IMG/VR virus record: IMGVR_UViG_3300034082_001076
Span: 1 to 43,679 of that record
Length of the DNA stretch: 43,679 nt
Source: a virus
Lineage: Duplodnaviria > Caudoviricetes
Reading direction: 5' to 3' (one strand)
Shown here: positions 26,533-39,400 of the stretch, in pieces
Layout of the letters: each line of letters begins with the position of its first letter
Numbering within the stretch: the first letter of the stretch is position 1
Translations under genes and position numbers: made by a program
Notes under the pieces: generated by a model
Database searches by the model: none
Seen by the model: the letters and a program-made list of their open reading frames with translations, nothing else
What the model was told of the DNA's origin: nothing

Positions 26533-26967
26533 ATGCCATACAAAAACATTGTTATTACTCCTCCTAAAGTTCCTAATCAGGACACTACTAAAGAAAGCCA
26601 ATTTTATCGAGGCTTCAGTACGATCGATAATCTTTCAAATGTAAAGATATATGATTCTCTGTTAGTAAAACAGGACCTAATTAATCACTTTAATACAAAA
26701 AAAGGTGAGCGATTGATGAATCCTGAATTTGGCACCATTATATGGGACTTGCTATATGATCCACTAACAGAGGCATTGAAACAAGATATAGAAGCAGATG
26801 TTAGAAATATTCTTAATAGCGATCCTAGGATCAATCCAATTGCAGTATCTATCGACGAAAAAGATTTTGGTATTTTAATAGAAGTTTCGATGACATATTC
26901 GGCCAATGATGAAACAGATACTATGCGATTTTCTTTTGATAAAGATGCAGGGTTAATTGCTCAATAA
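26533..26967 (+). CDS. gp25: Baseplate wedge subunit (gp25-like)
   Basis: TKKGERLMNPEFGTIIWDLLYDP...DPRI signature of the gp25 family. Confidence 0.9.
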   Translation: MPYKNIVITPPKVPNQDTTKESQFYRGFSTIDNLSNVKIYDSLLVKQDLINHFNTKKGERLMNPEFGTIIWDLLYDPLTEALKQDIEADVRNILNSDPRINPIAVSIDEKDFGILIEVSMTYSANDETDTMRFSFDKDAGLIAQ

Positions 26968-26989
26968 TATACCTACTTTTTAATATTCA

Positions 26990-26995
26990 TAAATA
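26990..26995 (+). promoter_or_regulatory. Late promoter core TAAATA
   Basis: Intergenic, 21 nt upstream of the gp6-like start. Confidence 0.6.
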
Positions 26996-27016
26996 CGGTA
27001 TCGGAAAAATAATTCT

Positions 27017-30000
27017 ATGATACCATCTACTACTAATCGATTACTTGTTGCAGAAGACTGGAAAAAAATATACCAGTCTTACAGAAATGCAGACTTTAAG
27101 AGCTATGACTTTGACACTTTAAGAAGAACTATGATCACTTATCTAAGGGAAAATTATCCTGAAGATTTTAATGATTTCATTGATTCTAGTGAATACATTG
27201 CCTTAATTGATCTAATTGCATACCTTGGACAAAATGTCAGTTTCCGCATAGACTTAAATGCTCGTGAAAACTTTTTAGAAACTGCCCAGCGCCGTGACAG
27301 CGTACTACGTCTTGCTCGATTGATTAATTACAATGCAAAACGAACTGTGCCGGCATCTGGGATGCTTAAAATTATATCCCTGCAAACAACCGAAGGCGTA
27401 TTTGATAACAACGGAAACAATTTAGCCAGTTCGATAGTTAGCTGGAACGATGCAACAAATTCCAATTGGTTTGAACAGTTTGTTACAGTATTAAATGCAG
27501 CAATGCCTGGCGCAGTTTCGTTCGGAAAACCAATTGCTTCTGATGTAATTGATGGCATTTCGACTGAAAAATACACCCTTAATAGTGTAACAGATGGTGT
27601 TCCTTTGTACTCTTTTTCTAAGAGTGTTAATGGTGTACAAATGACATTTGAGATCGTTAGTTCTGATTTTGATACTTCTATTGTCGAAGAAACTCCTAGA
27701 CCTGGAAACACATTTTCTTTTGTTTACAAAAATGATAACAGAGGAAACAGTTCATCTAATACCGGATTCTTTGTTCAATTCAAACAAGGCACACTATCTC
27801 TTTCTAGTTTTAATATTGATAATCCTGTACCAAATGAAGTAATCGGCATTAACGCTAATAATATTAACGAATCTGATGTTTGGCTATGGCAGCTAAATCC
27901 AGACGGAACCTATCCCGATCAAGCATGGACTAAAGTAAGCAATGTAACAGGCAACAATGTAATTTACAATAGTATTTCTCAAAATAATAGAAAGTTATAT
28001 GCAGTCTCTACTAGAGAAAACGACCAAATTGACTTAAATTTCGCTGACGGCAGTTTTGGCGATCTTCCTAAAGGATTGTTTAGATTATTTTACAGGCAAA
28101 GTAATGGTCTAACATATTCCATCAAACCTGAGCAAATGCGTAACGTAGCATTCTCTGTTAATTATATCAATGCACAGGGACAACCGCATTCATTAAAAGT
28201 GTATGCAGCCTTGCAATATACTATTTCAAATTCTTCAGCATCTGAAACAAATGAAGCCATTAAGGTAAAAGCCCCTCAGGCATACTATTCTCAAAATAGA
28301 ATGATTACGGGTGAGGATTATAACATTGTTCCGTTAACTGCTGGCACAGGTATTCTTAAAGTTAAAGCAATTAATAGGGTATCTAGTGGCATCTCAAAGT
28401 ATTATGAAATGTCTGATGTATCTGGAAAATACAGCGATGTAAATATTTTTAGCTCAGACGGTATTTTATATAAAAATGCAAATGAGTATTTGTTTGAATA
28501 TCCTGTTACTAACAAAAACGAAGTTAGTTATAATCTAAAAACAAATCTAAACAAGGTGTTTAATCTTAAAGAATTTAGATCGTTTTATCTTGAAAATTAT
28601 TCGAGACCTAGTTTAACCGAAAGTAATATTTCTTGGGTTAGGGCAACTGATACGACTAATCAAACTACAGGATATTTTACAATTGGTGGATTTCCAGTAC
28701 CAGCCGGCGAGTTTTCTTCTAATAACCTAAAGTACGGATTGGTAGGATCTCTAATTAAATTTGTAGCACCTATAACAATTAATACAGCATTACCGCCCGG
28801 ATCCGCTGCTCAACAAACATATTTTTTACCTAATGGAAAATTAACATTTTCACAAGATAATACAACTACTTCAGTTAAGTGGGCCAAGATAATTTCTATT
28901 ATCGGTGATGGATACAATGGTGGAAAAGGTGTGCTATCAACTGGAATTGGTCCTATTGTTATAACGGGTAATATACCGTCCGAATCAATTCCTGCAGAAG
29001 TAATTCCGAAATTTATAACATCGTTGGATCTTGACGTATTGACATTGGTTGTTAATCTATCAATGGCTAAAAAGAATTTTGGACTAAGCCTTGACCCATT
29101 AACATCTACCTGGTTTATTGTTGCTGATACAAATATTGATTTAGCATCTCCATTTAGTTTGTTAAATCAAGCAGATACTACAGATACTAATAGAGATGCT
29201 AGTTGGATGGTAGCATTTGTTTGGTCTGGTAACAAATATATTGTTCGATATAGAGTTACAGAATACATATTTGAAAGTGATAAAGAAACATCATTCTTTG
29301 TTGAACCGTATAAAGTTAATTACGATTATCTTAATGATACAGTTATTAAAGACAAAATTGTAATTTTTGGTATTAATTCTTCTCCTACTGCCGTATCAGG
29401 TGTATACTTAAAAGATGACCAAAACTGGCAAGTAGATAGTTCTGTAATTGAACTTGACGGATATCAAGAACCTAAAAAGATTAAGATTAGTTTTTATGAT
29501 AAAGATGATGATGGTCAAATTGATAATCCTGATTCATTTACAAATATTGTACAACCTGACTCAATTAGTATTCAAACAACATTCAAAAATAAATTTGTTT
29601 ACTTTGAAAAATTAACAGATGGGCTTCGATATAGATTAACATCTCCTGATAAATTTTATGCATGTCCTACAGAAAATGATGTGCCCGAATCAATGTTAGT
29701 AGACGGGCAATTATTTTATTTTTATAGCCCTTCGATAAATGTTATAAAAACATGGAATTTAGGATCAACCTCATTTGATCTAAACACAACATACTTTGCA
29801 AAACCTGGTCGATCAAATTTGAAATTTCAATACACTCACAAAGCTGCTGAAAACAGACGAATCGATCCTAGTAAAACAAATATCATGGACATTTACCTCC
29901 TAACAAAATCTTATGATACTGAATTTAGAAATTGGATAACAGCATTATCGGGTGCCGAACCTCTAGCGCCTACCAGTCAAAGTTTAAGTTTATCATATTC

Positions 30001-30460
30001 TCCTACTTTGAATAAAGTTAAAAGTATTAGTGATGAGTTAATTTTTCATCCTACTAATTATAAGATATTATTTGGCAATAAAGCAAGTCCTGTGTTACAA
30101 GCAGTGTTTAAGGCATCTAAAAATTCTTACAGGTCTAGTAGCGACAACGAATTAAAGACTAGAATTTTAACAGCAATTAACAGTTTCTTTTCAATAGAAA
30201 ACTGGGAGTTCGGCCAAACATTTTATTTTAGCGAACTATCTACTTACGTTATGAACATTATGACTCCTGACATTACTAATTTTGTAATAGTTCCTAAGCA
30301 AAATAATTCTTTTGGCAGCTTATACGAAATTAAATGTCAAAGCAATGAAATATTTGTATCCGGTGCAACTATCTTAGATATAGAAATCATAGATTCTATA
30401 ACTACATCAGAAATTAAGGCGTTAGGCAATGTTGTTAATACAGTTGGGGGTCAACAGTAA
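27017..30460 (+). CDS. gp6: Baseplate wedge subunit (gp6-like), enlarged (1147 aa)
   Basis: DFDTLR, ENFLETAQRRDSVLRLA, FADGSFG and APQAYYSQNRMITGEDY motifs of the gp6/baseplate-J family. Confidence 0.85.
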   Translation: MIPSTTNRLLVAEDWKKIYQSYRNADFKSYDFDTLRRTMITYLRENYPEDFNDFIDSSEYIALIDLIAYLGQNVSFRIDLNARENFLETAQRRDSVLRLARLINYNAKRTVPASGMLKIISLQTTEGVFDNNGNNLASSIVSWNDATNSNWFEQFVTVLNAAMPGAVSFGKPIASDVIDGISTEKYTLNSVTDGVPLYSFSKSVNGVQMTFEIVSSDFDTSIVEETPRPGNTFSFVYKNDNRGNSSSNTGFFVQFKQGTLSLSSFNIDNPVPNEVIGINANNINESDVWLWQLNPDGTYPDQAWTKVSNVTGNNVIYNSISQNNRKLYAVSTRENDQIDLNFADGSFGDLPKGLFRLFYRQSNGLTYSIKPEQMRNVAFSVNYINAQGQPHSLKVYAALQYTISNSSASETNEAIKVKAPQAYYSQNRMITGEDYNIVPLTAGTGILKVKAINRVSSGISKYYEMSDVSGKYSDVNIFSSDGILYKNANEYLFEYPVTNKNEVSYNLKTNLNKVFNLKEFRSFYLENYSRPSLTESNISWVRATDTTNQTTGYFTIGGFPVPAGEFSSNNLKYGLVGSLIKFVAPITINTALPPGSAAQQTYFLPNGKLTFSQDNTTTSVKWAKIISIIGDGYNGGKGVLSTGIGPIVITGNIPSESIPAEVIPKFITSLDLDVLTLVVNLSMAKKNFGLSLDPLTSTWFIVADTNIDLASPFSLLNQADTTDTNRDASWMVAFVWSGNKYIVRYRVTEYIFESDKETSFFVEPYKVNYDYLNDTVIKDKIVIFGINSSPTAVSGVYLKDDQNWQVDSSVIELDGYQEPKKIKISFYDKDDDGQIDNPDSFTNIVQPDSISIQTTFKNKFVYFEKLTDGLRYRLTSPDKFYACPTENDVPESMLVDGQLFYFYSPSINVIKTWNLGSTSFDLNTTYFAKPGRSNLKFQYTHKAAENRRIDPSKTNIMDIYLLTKSYDTEFRNWITALSGAEPLAPTSQSLSLSYSPTLNKVKSISDELIFHPTNYKILFGNKASPVLQAVFKASKNSYRSSSDNELKTRILTAINSFFSIENWEFGQTFYFSELSTYVMNIMTPDITNFVIVPKQNNSFGSLYEIKCQSNEIFVSGATILDIEIIDSITTSEIKALGNVVNTVGGQQ

Positions 30461-33400
30461 TGGCCAATAATATTCGCAAGTCAGTTGATTTACTTCCTGC
30501 ATATTTTAGAACAGAAAAAAATAATAAATTTTTATCTAGTACATTAGATCAGTTTATGTCTGTTCCTCAATTGAACAGAGTAGATGCATTTGTTGGAAGT
30601 AAAAATACTCCTAACTACTCTAGTGATGATAGATACGTAGAAGAAACAAATCTTTTACGTCAATCATATCAACTAGAGCCTGCATTAATTGTCAAAACAT
30701 TAACTCAAGAAATTAAAAAAGCATTTGCATTAGACGATTTGCTAAATCAAATTGACAGTCATAATGGACATTCATCAAATTTAGATAGATTATTGCATCC
30801 TCAATTTTATTCTTATGATCCTAAAATTGATTGGGATAAATTTATCAACTTTCGAGAATATTTTTGGTTACCAACTGGTCCGGATTCGGTTAGTATTTCT
30901 GGAGATAGAAAAGCGTCACAGGTTGAGTATAATGTTACAGATGCTAGCGATGGCATCCAATTCTTCTTTAATAATTCTACTACTTCTCAACAATTAATTC
31001 TTTACAGAGGAACTACTTACGTCTTTAATATAAAATCTATTCATAATTTTTATATTAAGTACACAAACACTGCTGACTCCGATAACATGTTTGATATGGG
31101 AATTACAGGAAATGGTACTAACAATGGACAGATTGTTGTTACTATAACTGGTCAGACCCCGGAATACCTGTTCTATACATCTGATGATGACCAATTGGCC
31201 ACTGGTCCAATTTTTGTAAAAGATCCTGAATTTAATTCATCCATTGATGTTGAAGCTGATATTATTGGAAAGAAATATTATACTTCTGCAACCGGTGTAG
31301 AATTTATTAATGGATTAAAAATTAAATTTATTGGTACAGTATTTCCGGAATTTTATAGAGATGCTGAATTTATTGTTAATGGCGTTGGCAAATCTATTAA
31401 TCTTATTAAGTTTAATGATTTAGCAACTCCTGATGTTATTGCCGATTTGTATAACACTAGATTTGATGGCACAAACTTTGATCAATTTCCGTTCGATAAT
31501 TTTTCAAATATTCCGTTGGTGCCAGAATATGTAACTATTAGCAAGGCTAGTAAAGATCTAAATCCATGGACACGTTATAATAGATGGTTTCATTCTGATG
31601 TTATTCGAACAGCCGCCGCCGCCAATGGAACAGTGGCAGTGTATCCTGCCGAATATAGAGCAACTCGTCCTATTGTAGAATTTTTGCCAAACATGCAATT
31701 GTTTGATTTTGGTACAACTGCAATTCCTAACGTAGATTTAATTGATACTGTTACAACAAATGCATTCTTAAAGATTGAAAATCAGTTTGGATTTTATATT
31801 GATGGTATATTATTGGAAGAAGGATTTCGTGTAATCTTTACCGCCGACGTAGACCCGCTAGTTCGTGGCAAAATCTTTAGAGTACACTTTTCCCTAGTCG
31901 GTACAAATACTAAAATTGATTTAATTTTAGAAGATGATCAAACAGTTGACGGCTCTTGTGCATTAGTCAAACAAGGATTAGAACATGGTGGTACATCTTG
32001 GTGGTACAATGGTACTATTTGGAATAAAGGACAACAAAGATCCACTAGAAACCAAGCTCCTCTTTTTGATCTGTTTGACGATACTGGTGCAAATTATTCT
32101 GATAGCAATTATACAACTGATTTTGCTGGTAACAAAATTTTTGGTTACGGAATCGGAACTGGTGCTAACGATCCTATTTTAGGGTTTCCTTTATTATATA
32201 GAAATATAGGAGTTGAGGGAACTTATCTATTCAAGAATTATTTTGCAACAGAAGAATTTTTATTAGTAAAAAATAATATAACAGGATATACGCCTACCGC
32301 TAGCACTTATTTTAAGATTGATGGCGTTCTAACAAATGTCTGGGTAGAAACTGCGGATTATAGTATCCCATTAATTGACGGAGTATACGATGTTCCGTTA
32401 AATCTTAGTAATAATCCGTTAAATGATCCTATTTCTGATTTTACTCTAACTGAATTATCTAACCATGTTAATTCTATGGTTGATCGAGATCCTAATTTTG
32501 TAGGAGTATTCCCAGGAGTAAGTAATCTTAAAGATCTTCCAGAAGTATCAAAGTATGGAACAAAATTAATTTCAAACTTAAATTCTTTAGCTTTTGCTCA
32601 ACATTTTATAAGTGATGAAGAAAATAGTATCATATCTGCAATTAGACTTGTTGGTGAAAATTATTATCAATTTAAGTTAAATTTAATTAAGACAATATCG
32701 TCAGTGGATCAAACGTTGTCGCCAGTTGATGCGCTTGATGCAGCCCTTCAAATCTTAAATCAAAATAAAACTACTACATTCCCTTACTACTATAGTGACA
32801 TGATGCCACACGGATCTGGAGCAGTTATTAGAAATTATACTGTTACTGATTCTAGAAATAAAAAATATTCAATTCCTGCAGATTTTAATCTCACTCAATT
32901 AAGTACTACTGGTACATTAGTCTATCTAAATGGGCAGCAATTGTTGGTTAATGCAGATTATGTATTTGATTCCTATGATACTAACGTTGAAATTTTAACT
33001 CCACTAGAACGTAATGATGTTGTTACTGTAAAATATTATAGCAACACTACTGGTAGTTTTATTCCTCCAACTCCTACTAAGTTAGGATTATATCCTAAAT
33101 TTGAACCAGTAGTATTTGAAGACAATACGTATGCATTAGATGCTCGACAAGTTTTACAAGGCCATGATGGTAGTATTACCATATTGTTTGACGACTATCG
33201 TGATAACATTTTATTAGAATTTGAACGTAGAATTTTTAACAATATTAAAGTTGACTACAGACAAGATTTGTTTGATGTTAATTCTGTGTTGCCTGGCATA
33301 TTTAGAGATCAAGAATATACATATTCTGAAATTTTAGATCCGGTACATCGAGATTTATTAAAATGGAAAACTACATACAGTGTTGAGACTGATGACAATT

Positions 33401-36400
33401 TAACGTTTGATATTTCGTTACCAAGGACATTTAATTATAGTTCAGTTACTACCAACGGTATATCTCTACCAGGCAACTGGCGAGCCATCTTTAAGATGTA
33501 TTTCGATACTGACAGACCACACATTACTCCTTGGGAAATGTTAGGGTTTAGTGTTATGCCGGTATGGTGGGAAGATCAATATGGACCTGCCCCATACACA
33601 TCAGGCAACACCTTACTATGGGAAGACATTCAAGCTGGCAGAATTAGGCAAGGCACTAGAGCAGGAATTGATCCTATCTATATTAGACAAGGACTGCTGA
33701 ATATCTTGCCTGTAGATGAAAACGGCAATTTAGTAGATATTCGAACTTGGGGTCCTCTTGGTGCAGCATCATATCTAGATACCGCTGATCAACCATGGAA
33801 ATTTGGTGATAGCGGCCCTGGAGAAACTGCCTGGAGAAGAGGTAGTTACTGGCCGTTTGCTGTGCAGATTATTATGGCAATACTAAAACCTGCCGCATAC
33901 TCTGCATTAATGTTTGATACTAGTAGACTTGTTAAAAATGTAATAGGTCAGTATGTTTATTCCGAAGATAATTTATTCTTGAATCAATCTAGGGTATTGT
34001 TGCCTTACGAAAAAGTTAACAACGTTGTAACATTTACAGCAGGATACAGTGTATTTGCAATAGAAGCTGGACAAATTAGAAATTCTAAGTATCTATCATT
34101 TCTTAAAGAAGAGCTGCAAAATTCTACATTTAATTTGATGCACAAGGTTGGTGGATTTGTTAGCAAAGATAAATTAGAAATAGTAATTGACTCAGTTAAT
34201 CCTAACAGTGTTAATCCTGGAATCTTGTTACCTGTTGAAGATTATAATATTCATTTTAATGTTAGTAATCCTGTAAAAGTTGTTAATATTTCTGGATTCA
34301 TTATTCAGAAGTTACAAGGTAAATTTATTTTACGAGGGTATGATAAAGTAAAACCGTATTTTACAATACTACCTGCAATACACGAAAAGTCTGATACTTA
34401 CATTACTGTTGGGGGTAAAAGCGAAGATTATTCAGTATGGTCTATAAACGTTTATTATCCAATTGGTCAGGTTATTCTTTATGAAAATTCATTTTATAGA
34501 GTAACTAATAATCATAATTCGGGTACTACATTTAATTCATTAAACTATTCTGTACTTACTGAATTGCCTATAATTAATGCAACTGTAGTTGCGTATCCGG
34601 CAGCATTTGACAGCAATACAATCAATGTTCCGTACACTACTAGTTACACTTCTATTCAAGAAGTTGCTGATGTAATGGCTGGCTACGGCCGATGGTTAGA
34701 AACTCAAGGTTTTGAGTTTGACGAATATGGCAACGATATCGGCGAAACGTTAAATTGGAAATTTGCAATTAAAGAATTTGCCTATTGGTCTAGTCAAAAT
34801 TGGGCAGATAATAGTGTAATTGCAATTAGTCCTTTTGCAAATTCTATTAAATTTACATTCCAAGACTCTGTTGTTGATGATATTTTTAGTAGTTTTTACG
34901 ATTACACATTATTAAAAGCAGACGGATTATCCTTTCCATTTGCAGATTTAATCATTAGTCGAACAGACGGGCAATGTACAATTACATCAAAGAATGATCA
35001 AGAAGGTATATTTTTTGCAAGTCTAAGATTAGTACAAAAAGAACATGCATTAATCTTGAATAATACAAGTCGATTTAATGATGTTATATATGATATTGAT
35101 ACTGGTTATAGACAACGTCGAATTAGACTAGTGGGATTTAAGACAGCTAACTGGAATGGTGACTATTTTAGTCCAGGATTTGTTTACGATGCTGCTGTTA
35201 TTAAAACGTGGAAATCGTACGAAGATTATGTTGCAGGAGATATTGTAGAATACACCGGCAGTTATTACTCTCTTGACAGAAACTTACCTGGTAAGGAAAG
35301 TTTTGATTTTACTGATTGGAATAAATTAGGTGCTAAACCTGTAGCTCAATTAATTCCAAACTTTGAATATAAATTAAATCAATTTGAAGATTTTTATAGT
35401 TTAGAAATTGATAATTTTGATATTAGTCAACAAGAATTAGCACAACATTTAACTGGATATAGTTCAAGATTATATCTTAGCAATATGTTTGTTAACCACA
35501 CTGCTCAATATAAATTCTTTCAAGGATTTATTAAGGAAAAGGGCACACGAAATGCTCTTGACAAATTGGCAAAGGCAAGTGTACATAACCTACAGGGACA
35601 AATTGATTTTAATGAAGAGTGGGCATTTAGAATTGGTGCGTTTGGTGCGTATGCATCGTTACAAGAATTAGAATTTCCGTTATCCGAATCTAAATTTGTC
35701 GACAATTCTCAATTAATTAAATTTGTATCTGAGATTCCTGTTATAGAGTATGACTCTACATTATATGTAACTTCAGAGTTATTATCAATTAAACCGTTGG
35801 ATTACAATGTTGATACTACCTTTTTTACAAAAGATGCATTGTTTGATCTAAAACCTTTCCTACTACCAGTTGCAGGATATGTTCGATTAGAGGATGTTGA
35901 TTATACCGTTAAGTCTAAACAAGACTTACTAAACTTTATTCCAGGTAAAACTGTTAATCAAGGTGATACATTTTGGGTAGCATTTGATAATAATAATGAC
36001 TGGGGAGTGTATCGATATACAAGAATGCCGTCTGCAATTATTGGCGTGACTGATAATATTGCAGGCGAAAGTATTACATTTACAACCAATGCATATCACG
36101 GATTAACTGTTGGTGATATTATTGCAGTTACTCGATTTGCAGACGAAGTTAACGGAATTTATATTATTTCTGAAATTAATAGGTTAAATGAAATTGTAGT
36201 TAAAACTACAGTTACTGCACCTACTAGTACTAATGATTTCGGTGTGTTGTTTAAGTTTGTTTCATCTAGATTTGAAAAATTTGATGATCTAGTTGACACA
36301 AAATATGTTGCTGATATTTTTCCAGGTAGAAAAATTTGGGTCGACTCTAATGTAACTGGACAATGGGAAGTTTATGAAAAGATTAATAATTATACTCCTA

Positions 36401-39400
36401 GTATATTAACTAACAGAATTTTATCTGACGGTTCTTTTTACGGTGAAGTAATTATTTCTAAAGAAAATTCTAATTTCTTAGTAGTGTCAGCGCCTCGATT
36501 GACTGACGACAACGGATCTGGCCAGATTTTTATGTACACTAATACTGGTGGAACATTAAAGCTAATCAACAGCTATCCACTAAACCGTGGACTAAATCAA
36601 TATTATGAAAATGGCGGCCAGCCTGCTGCAAAATTTGGATTTGGTTTAGACTTTGATGCTGTTGACGGCATAATAATAGCCGGCGCTCCGTATGCATCAA
36701 ATGTTAATGCTGATGCATCTGGCAGCACTAGATATGTTCAATCTATTAATGCTGGTATTGGAAATATTAACGACGGCATGATTGTTATTTCGACCCTCAA
36801 TGTAGCAGGTAATGCAGAACTGCGTCATGTTATGTTGGCCTGCCAAGAACCTGCTAATAATTTAGAATTTGGTTATAGTACATTTATTGCCAGTACCGCT
36901 TCTCAAAAGATTGCATTAGTTGGCGCCCCTGGTCACACAAATTCTACAGGTGCTGTATTCAGTTACGATGTTGCATATATTAAATCATTTGATAATTTAT
37001 CAATTGAAGTTAATGCAACTGCAACTTCTCAAATTAAGTTACCGTCTCCTGGCATATCAACCGGTGCTAGATTTGGCGATGTTATTGCTGGCGATCTTGT
37101 AGGTAAGAGAATTGCAGTCAGTGCTCCAGGATATAGTAACGGCAAGGGTGCAGTGTATGTTTACGAAAACACAGGGACTACATCTGATTACACATTTGTA
37201 CAAAGTTTATTATGGAATGATGCATCGTTAAACAGTGCTATTTCGTCAGACGGACAGTTTGGCTATGATATAGATATGGACGATTCTGGAAAGTATCTAT
37301 TTGTCTCAGCGTTCAATGCATATGACAGCGTTTTGCAACGCGGCAAAGTTGTTATATATGAATGGACCGGTACCCAATATACTGCAACTCAAGTAATTGA
37401 CAATCCAAGTACTACTAATGGTTTGAAATTTGGATTTAGCATTGAAAGCGATTCTTCTGGAAATATTCTAACTGTTACTTCTCAAGGCCCTAACTATTTT
37501 GCAAGTGCAAGTTTTGATGAATATTCAACTACATTTGATTCTGAATCGACTCGCCTAGGCACCTTAGTTGAAGACTCTGGATCTGCATATGTTTACAATA
37601 GATACGAAGAAAAATTTATTTTTGCTAGTGAGTTATACAATAGTTCAGTTCTACCTAATAGTTCATACGGATACTCTACTTCTGTAAGTAGAGAAACAGT
37701 TTATGTTAGTTCACCGAGGCATATTAGCACTGGTACATTACGTACTGGTGCAATACATATATGGCAAGCAAACGATCCAGCTTCCAACAGTTGGAATTTA
37801 GTTCGCCAACAAACTGAATTAGTTGATGTAGAAAAGATTAAACAAGTTAAGACTATTAATGTTTATGAAGATACCGTAATTGATTACCTTGAAATTTATG
37901 ATCCTATCAAAGGAAAAATTCCACAAGTTGCTGATCAAGAAATTAGATTCAAGACATTTTTTGATCCTGCCGTATATAATACAGGTACCAACACTTCAGC
38001 TACAATAGATGTGTCTACTTCGTGGAGTTCAGAACACGTTGGCGAATTGTGGTGGGACCTATCTGCTGTTAAGTATACCTGGTACGAGCAAGGTGATGTT
38101 GAATTTAGAAAAAATACATGGGGCTCAGTATTTCCAGGATGTTCGATTGATATTTACGAATGGGTAAAATCCGATTTCTTGCCAGAACAATGGGCTATTG
38201 ATGCAGACACTACCGCAGGCCTTGCAGCAAATATTAGTGGTACTCCTAGATATGTTGACAATTCTGCATACGTAGTAGAACAGACATACAGTTCAATAAT
38301 GGATACTTTTGTAAACGTTTATTATTTCTGGGTAAGAAATACTGTAGTTGTTCCGGTAAGACAAGGTAGACAACTATCGGCATTTGATGTTGCAGGACTA
38401 ATTGAAAATCCAAAATTATTTGGATTAAAATATATTGAGCCATTATCTAGTAACAGTGTATCTGTAGTAAATGTCAAGGGATCATTAATCAACGAACGTA
38501 TTTCTTTGAATATTCAAGTGGATGATATTGACAATGAGACAAATAAACATACCGAATGGTTACTGCTAGAAGAGAATAACAAACATAGTTTACCTACTCC
38601 TAGTTTAGAGAAAAAATTAATTGATAGTTTGTTAGGACAAGATTCTTTAGGTAATGTTGTTCCTGATCCTATGCTTTCTGATAGACAAAAATACGGTATT
38701 GGTATTCGTCCTAGACAAAGTATGTTTAAGGATAGATTTTCAGCGTTACGTAACTTCATTGAATATGTTAACAATGTTTTTGCCAATAATTTAATTACAG
38801 ATTTTTGTAATTTAGATAGACTTAATTCTAAAGAAGCTATACCTGATACAGCTCTTGCTGAATACGATGTAGTAGTAGGTGACATTAGTCAACGTAACGA
38901 AATAAACATCAGTAAAGTTAAATTGGCAAGTGTATCCTGTACTGTTGAACACGGAAGAATTGCCAGTGTTAAAATTTTAGATCCCGGATTTGGATATGGA
39001 AAATTAAATCCGTTAACATTTGATGATTTGGGAGTTGCGTTAACATGGCGCGGCCCAGCAGTCGAAGTTTTTAATGATCAAAATAATAGTAAATTAGAAT
39101 CTATTATTGATGAACTGGGTAGAATTATAAATGTTCAAATTGTTAATAGCGGATCGGGATACGAAGCTACTCCAGAAATTTTTGTTAGACCGTACACCGT
39201 AATTGTCTCTTCTGATGAAAATTCTAGAGGACGTTGGGCAAAATATATATTAAGCGACAGCGGCTGGTCAAAAATTCAAACACAAAGTTTTGATACAACT
39301 CTATATTGGGATCTTATAGATTGGGTATCTGCTGAATTTAATCAATATCACCGATTAACTGCAATTGTAGGGCAACGTGCCGAGTTAGATGAGTTATATC

